Shown here piece by piece: positions 61,400 through 64,000 of a DNA stretch of 64,000 nucleotides (the first letter of the stretch is position 1; every line of letters begins with the position of its first letter). The stretch is from NCBI GenBank assembly GCA_030390025.1, contig CM059432.1:152708001-152772000 (forward strand), read 5' to 3'. A program made the translations under genes and the position numbers. This DNA is from Squalus acanthias (taxonomy: Eukaryota). The notes under the pieces are model-generated. The model saw nothing but the letters and a program-made list of their open reading frames with translations. It searched no databases and was not told the origin of the DNA.

Positions 61400-63100
61400 T
61401 TGAATTCCTATCCCCCTTTGCTCTCTTTCCCTTCCTCTTTCTCCTTCCCCTCTTTTCTCCTCCCCCCAATTGGGAAACACCTGGTTTCCTGTCAATACCC
61501 CAAGCTGACGGCTTATCCTGGAACAGGGGTTCAGTATGAGAAGAGTTGAAGTCCACAATCTACATCTGATGACTCTGAATTTTCCTCTAGTAAGTACAGT
61601 CCACCTGCCCGAAAAACAATCCTGATTTTCCAAAAAGTTGGTCTATTGTTCACGCTGTAAGCTTGACCCAGTTGTTCAAGGGATTGTGATTGACGGTCAT
61701 ACTGCTAGTGGAAGTCTTCTACATTGAACAATTAGTAACTGATTTTATAAAAATATTTGAAGCCTCTTTTTTAAATTCACGCACTGCTTTTGTGTAAATA
61801 AAATTGTGCTCCTTAAGCTAGTGGACGACTTTGCTGGGCAATTGTATAATACACTTTGCACTTAGATCCAATACTCCTGAAGTTTGCTAATAAAAGTTAG
61901 ATTTCATGCAGATCCTATTTACATTTGCAAATCTGTACTATAGTGAATTTAGTAGGGACTCCATTCTGGAGCATTAATGTCAAAATTAACTCGCTCCCCC
62001 CCCCCCCCCCCCCCCCCGCCATGTCTATACACACCAAGAAATTGTGTCTTTGAAGCATTGAAAGAGACAAGATTCTTCTTGCCAGATTGGAGGGCAAGGA
62101 GGAGATCAAGTTGCAATGATACATTTGATTGGGGCCTATCAGGAGTGTGGGTAAAGCTGATGGCTCCAGGAATGTCAGATTTCACGTGGAAAATCAAATT
62201 GTCCATTCGGGTAAGGTTGGAGTATTTGCTGTGGAAAGAGCCCGAGGTTAGCTGGAGAGCTTAAGTGTTGAGTATGGAGAACCTTGTGTGGTCTAGTGCT
62301 GGGAGGAGACCTGTTCAGCAATATTGTACAGCTAGAAACCATCTTCAGGGTAACTGCATGAAAGGTAGGATGTCAGCTTAATTTGTGTGAGTGAGGGGTT
62401 GGGTGGAGGAATTTCCTGTCGACTGTGAATGTGGATATTAGTGGTTGCAGGGGAATATAGGTAATGGTGGTGATGGGTAGGCTTCTGGCTTAGGTTGTGG
62501 GTTAAATTGGTTTTGACCAGTTTGAATTTGACTAAAATTAACCAAACCACAAACCAAACCTCAAAACTCTGGTTTTGTTAACCCTACTTAAAACCATTTG
62601 AGTGAGCCTTCTCTCAATCTCATGCCCGAGTTAAAACTATCTGAGGTGAATGGGAAGTTCCTTCCCCCACTCCCACACTCTACTCCAGTCGCGATACGTT
62701 TTAGGTTACAATCGATCCTTTCTGATGGTGTTGTAACATGTGGTCTATCAGTTGATGGTTTCCAGCAATAACTTCTCTTTCCTGCAATAAAATACGACAT
62801 GCCAGCCTTTCCTTTCTATCAGGATTTAACGTGCCTGATTGTGGAATAAGTATTGTGTGTGAAAGTTGCAGTCTGCTGGATGGTAAGGTATGTTCATTAA
62901 AATCAAATGGACTTTTTGGAGCTCTCAATAGCTTGCCTCTGTTGACTAACTTAAAGAGGGTTGCTTTATATGCACAGTGAAGACATGTCATCTCTAAACT
63001 GCTGCATTCAGGGCACGGATGAATGACCATTTCCAGGCTATATAGACAGGTGATACTTTAATACAGGTTCAAGTCAGACTCTGGTTGGGGACACTTGGGT
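61400..63100 (-). mobile_element. Ancient, highly decayed LINE (CR1/Jockey group)
   Basis: SLQLDL...NLVSFNASKTQFL at ~62040-62125 is typical of the post-YADD RT region; the rest is only weakly similar and boundaries are approximate. Confidence 0.45.
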
Positions 63101-63268
63101 TGGAAGCAGTATTGGAAGAATATCTTGAGAACTGTTTGCTGCTTGAGTAAGACTTTAGTTTTTCCAATTTGTTCAAGTTAATGTTTCACTTGCCAGAAAT
63201 CCTCCTTTCTTGAATGTTAGCTGAACGAAATTAATCCTAGCTAACGGGAGCAAAATGCACCTTTTGAA

Positions 63269-63383
63269 ATGAGCGAGAAACTTGTTAGTGGGCTAAAGAT
63301 GTATTGGAGGCCACCGAGGAGCAGATGCAGTAAGAAAGAAGAGACAGAAACCATCATAGCGCAGCGCTGTCAGTTACAAGACG
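63269..63383 (+). other. Candidate first coding exon (unidentified)
   Basis: ATG-initiated 38-codon frame (MSEKLVSGLKMYWRPPRSRC...QLQD) ending at a consensus donor ACG|gtgagt. Confidence 0.2.
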
Positions 63384-63924
63384 GTGAGTTAAATATTTGT
63401 AGCCTCTCACAGTTCCCGAGTAATTCTCTGGGCCAAGTGGAGATTTGAACCTTGCAGCCGTAGTTCTAGAGTCTCTGGAAGGGAAGGGGATCTTGACGAG
63501 ATGCACATTGCCGGTGCTGGTAAAATAGGAAGGTAGAAAACCAGCTTCTGTTGGGTACTTGACTTGATGATATATTGTACTTCTGTTCCCAAGTAAGACT
63601 AAGAAACTAATATTGTTCCCTCAGTTGGACTGTGAATATGCCACGCGAAGTGGAACCTGGAATCTGGCAGCCAATCTGCCAGGCTGTGGTTCTTCACCAA
63701 TGCATTACAAACCAACGTTATGGAAACTGAAAATGTGGGCTGGGACACAGCAGGGTCGTGGGTTCTGTAGGCAGGAGTTAGGACTGTGTAAGTTGCTGCT
63801 CACTATTTCAGCCTCTTACCTCATGCAGTACTCAGGAGTGAAGAGACCCTTAATGGTGAAATTTAGTTTATTACTGGCAATCGTTCAGCATCAATGTCTT
63901 TCTCCACAGAGGCTCACAGTGGGT

Positions 63925-64000
63925 AATGTGTCAGCCTTGACTCAGTAGGAGCTCTCTTGCCGTTGACTCAGAAGTTCGTGGTTTCAAGTCCCACTCCAGA
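63925..64000 (+). mobile_element. Deu SINE head, cut by the window edge
   Basis: gactcagtaggagctctcttgcc...gactcagaag...tttcaagtcccactccaga. Confidence 0.75.

Noticed and set aside
61996..62017. Poly-C run giving polyproline/polyglycine ORFs
   Set aside because: Simple homopolymer inside a decayed LINE.
63925..64000. tRNA gene
   Set aside because: The tRNA-like boxes are the head of the Deu SINE and do not form a full cloverleaf.

Overview
Eukaryotic, repeat-dominated intronic or intergenic DNA, most likely from a cartilaginous fish (shark). That call is an inference from the repeat set: a Deu-domain tRNA SINE resembling SacSINE1, CR1 and L2 LINEs, Penelope pseudo-LTRs and many GGG..AAATT-ended Harbinger elements. 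No host protein-coding gene could be identified; only weak candidate exons were seen. Most long ORFs in the track are decayed transposon genes or their antisense shadows. Main structures: (1) a Mag-like Gypsy LTR element (10290-19221) with ~120-bp LTRs, a 5-bp TSD, PBS and PPT, carrying four nested insertions; (2) three Harbinger DNA transposons, one retaining a three-exon Myb/SANT gene with a coiled-coil/AT-hook tail; (3) several Harbinger and hAT MITE families; (4) two Penelope remnants with hammerhead-like motifs, one a perfect 97-bp-arm palindrome; (5) two minisatellites. I see no convincing new biological system. The best leads are the mirrored hammerhead palindrome, the Harbinger Myb gene and a MITE family with conserved promoter motifs and three splice donors.
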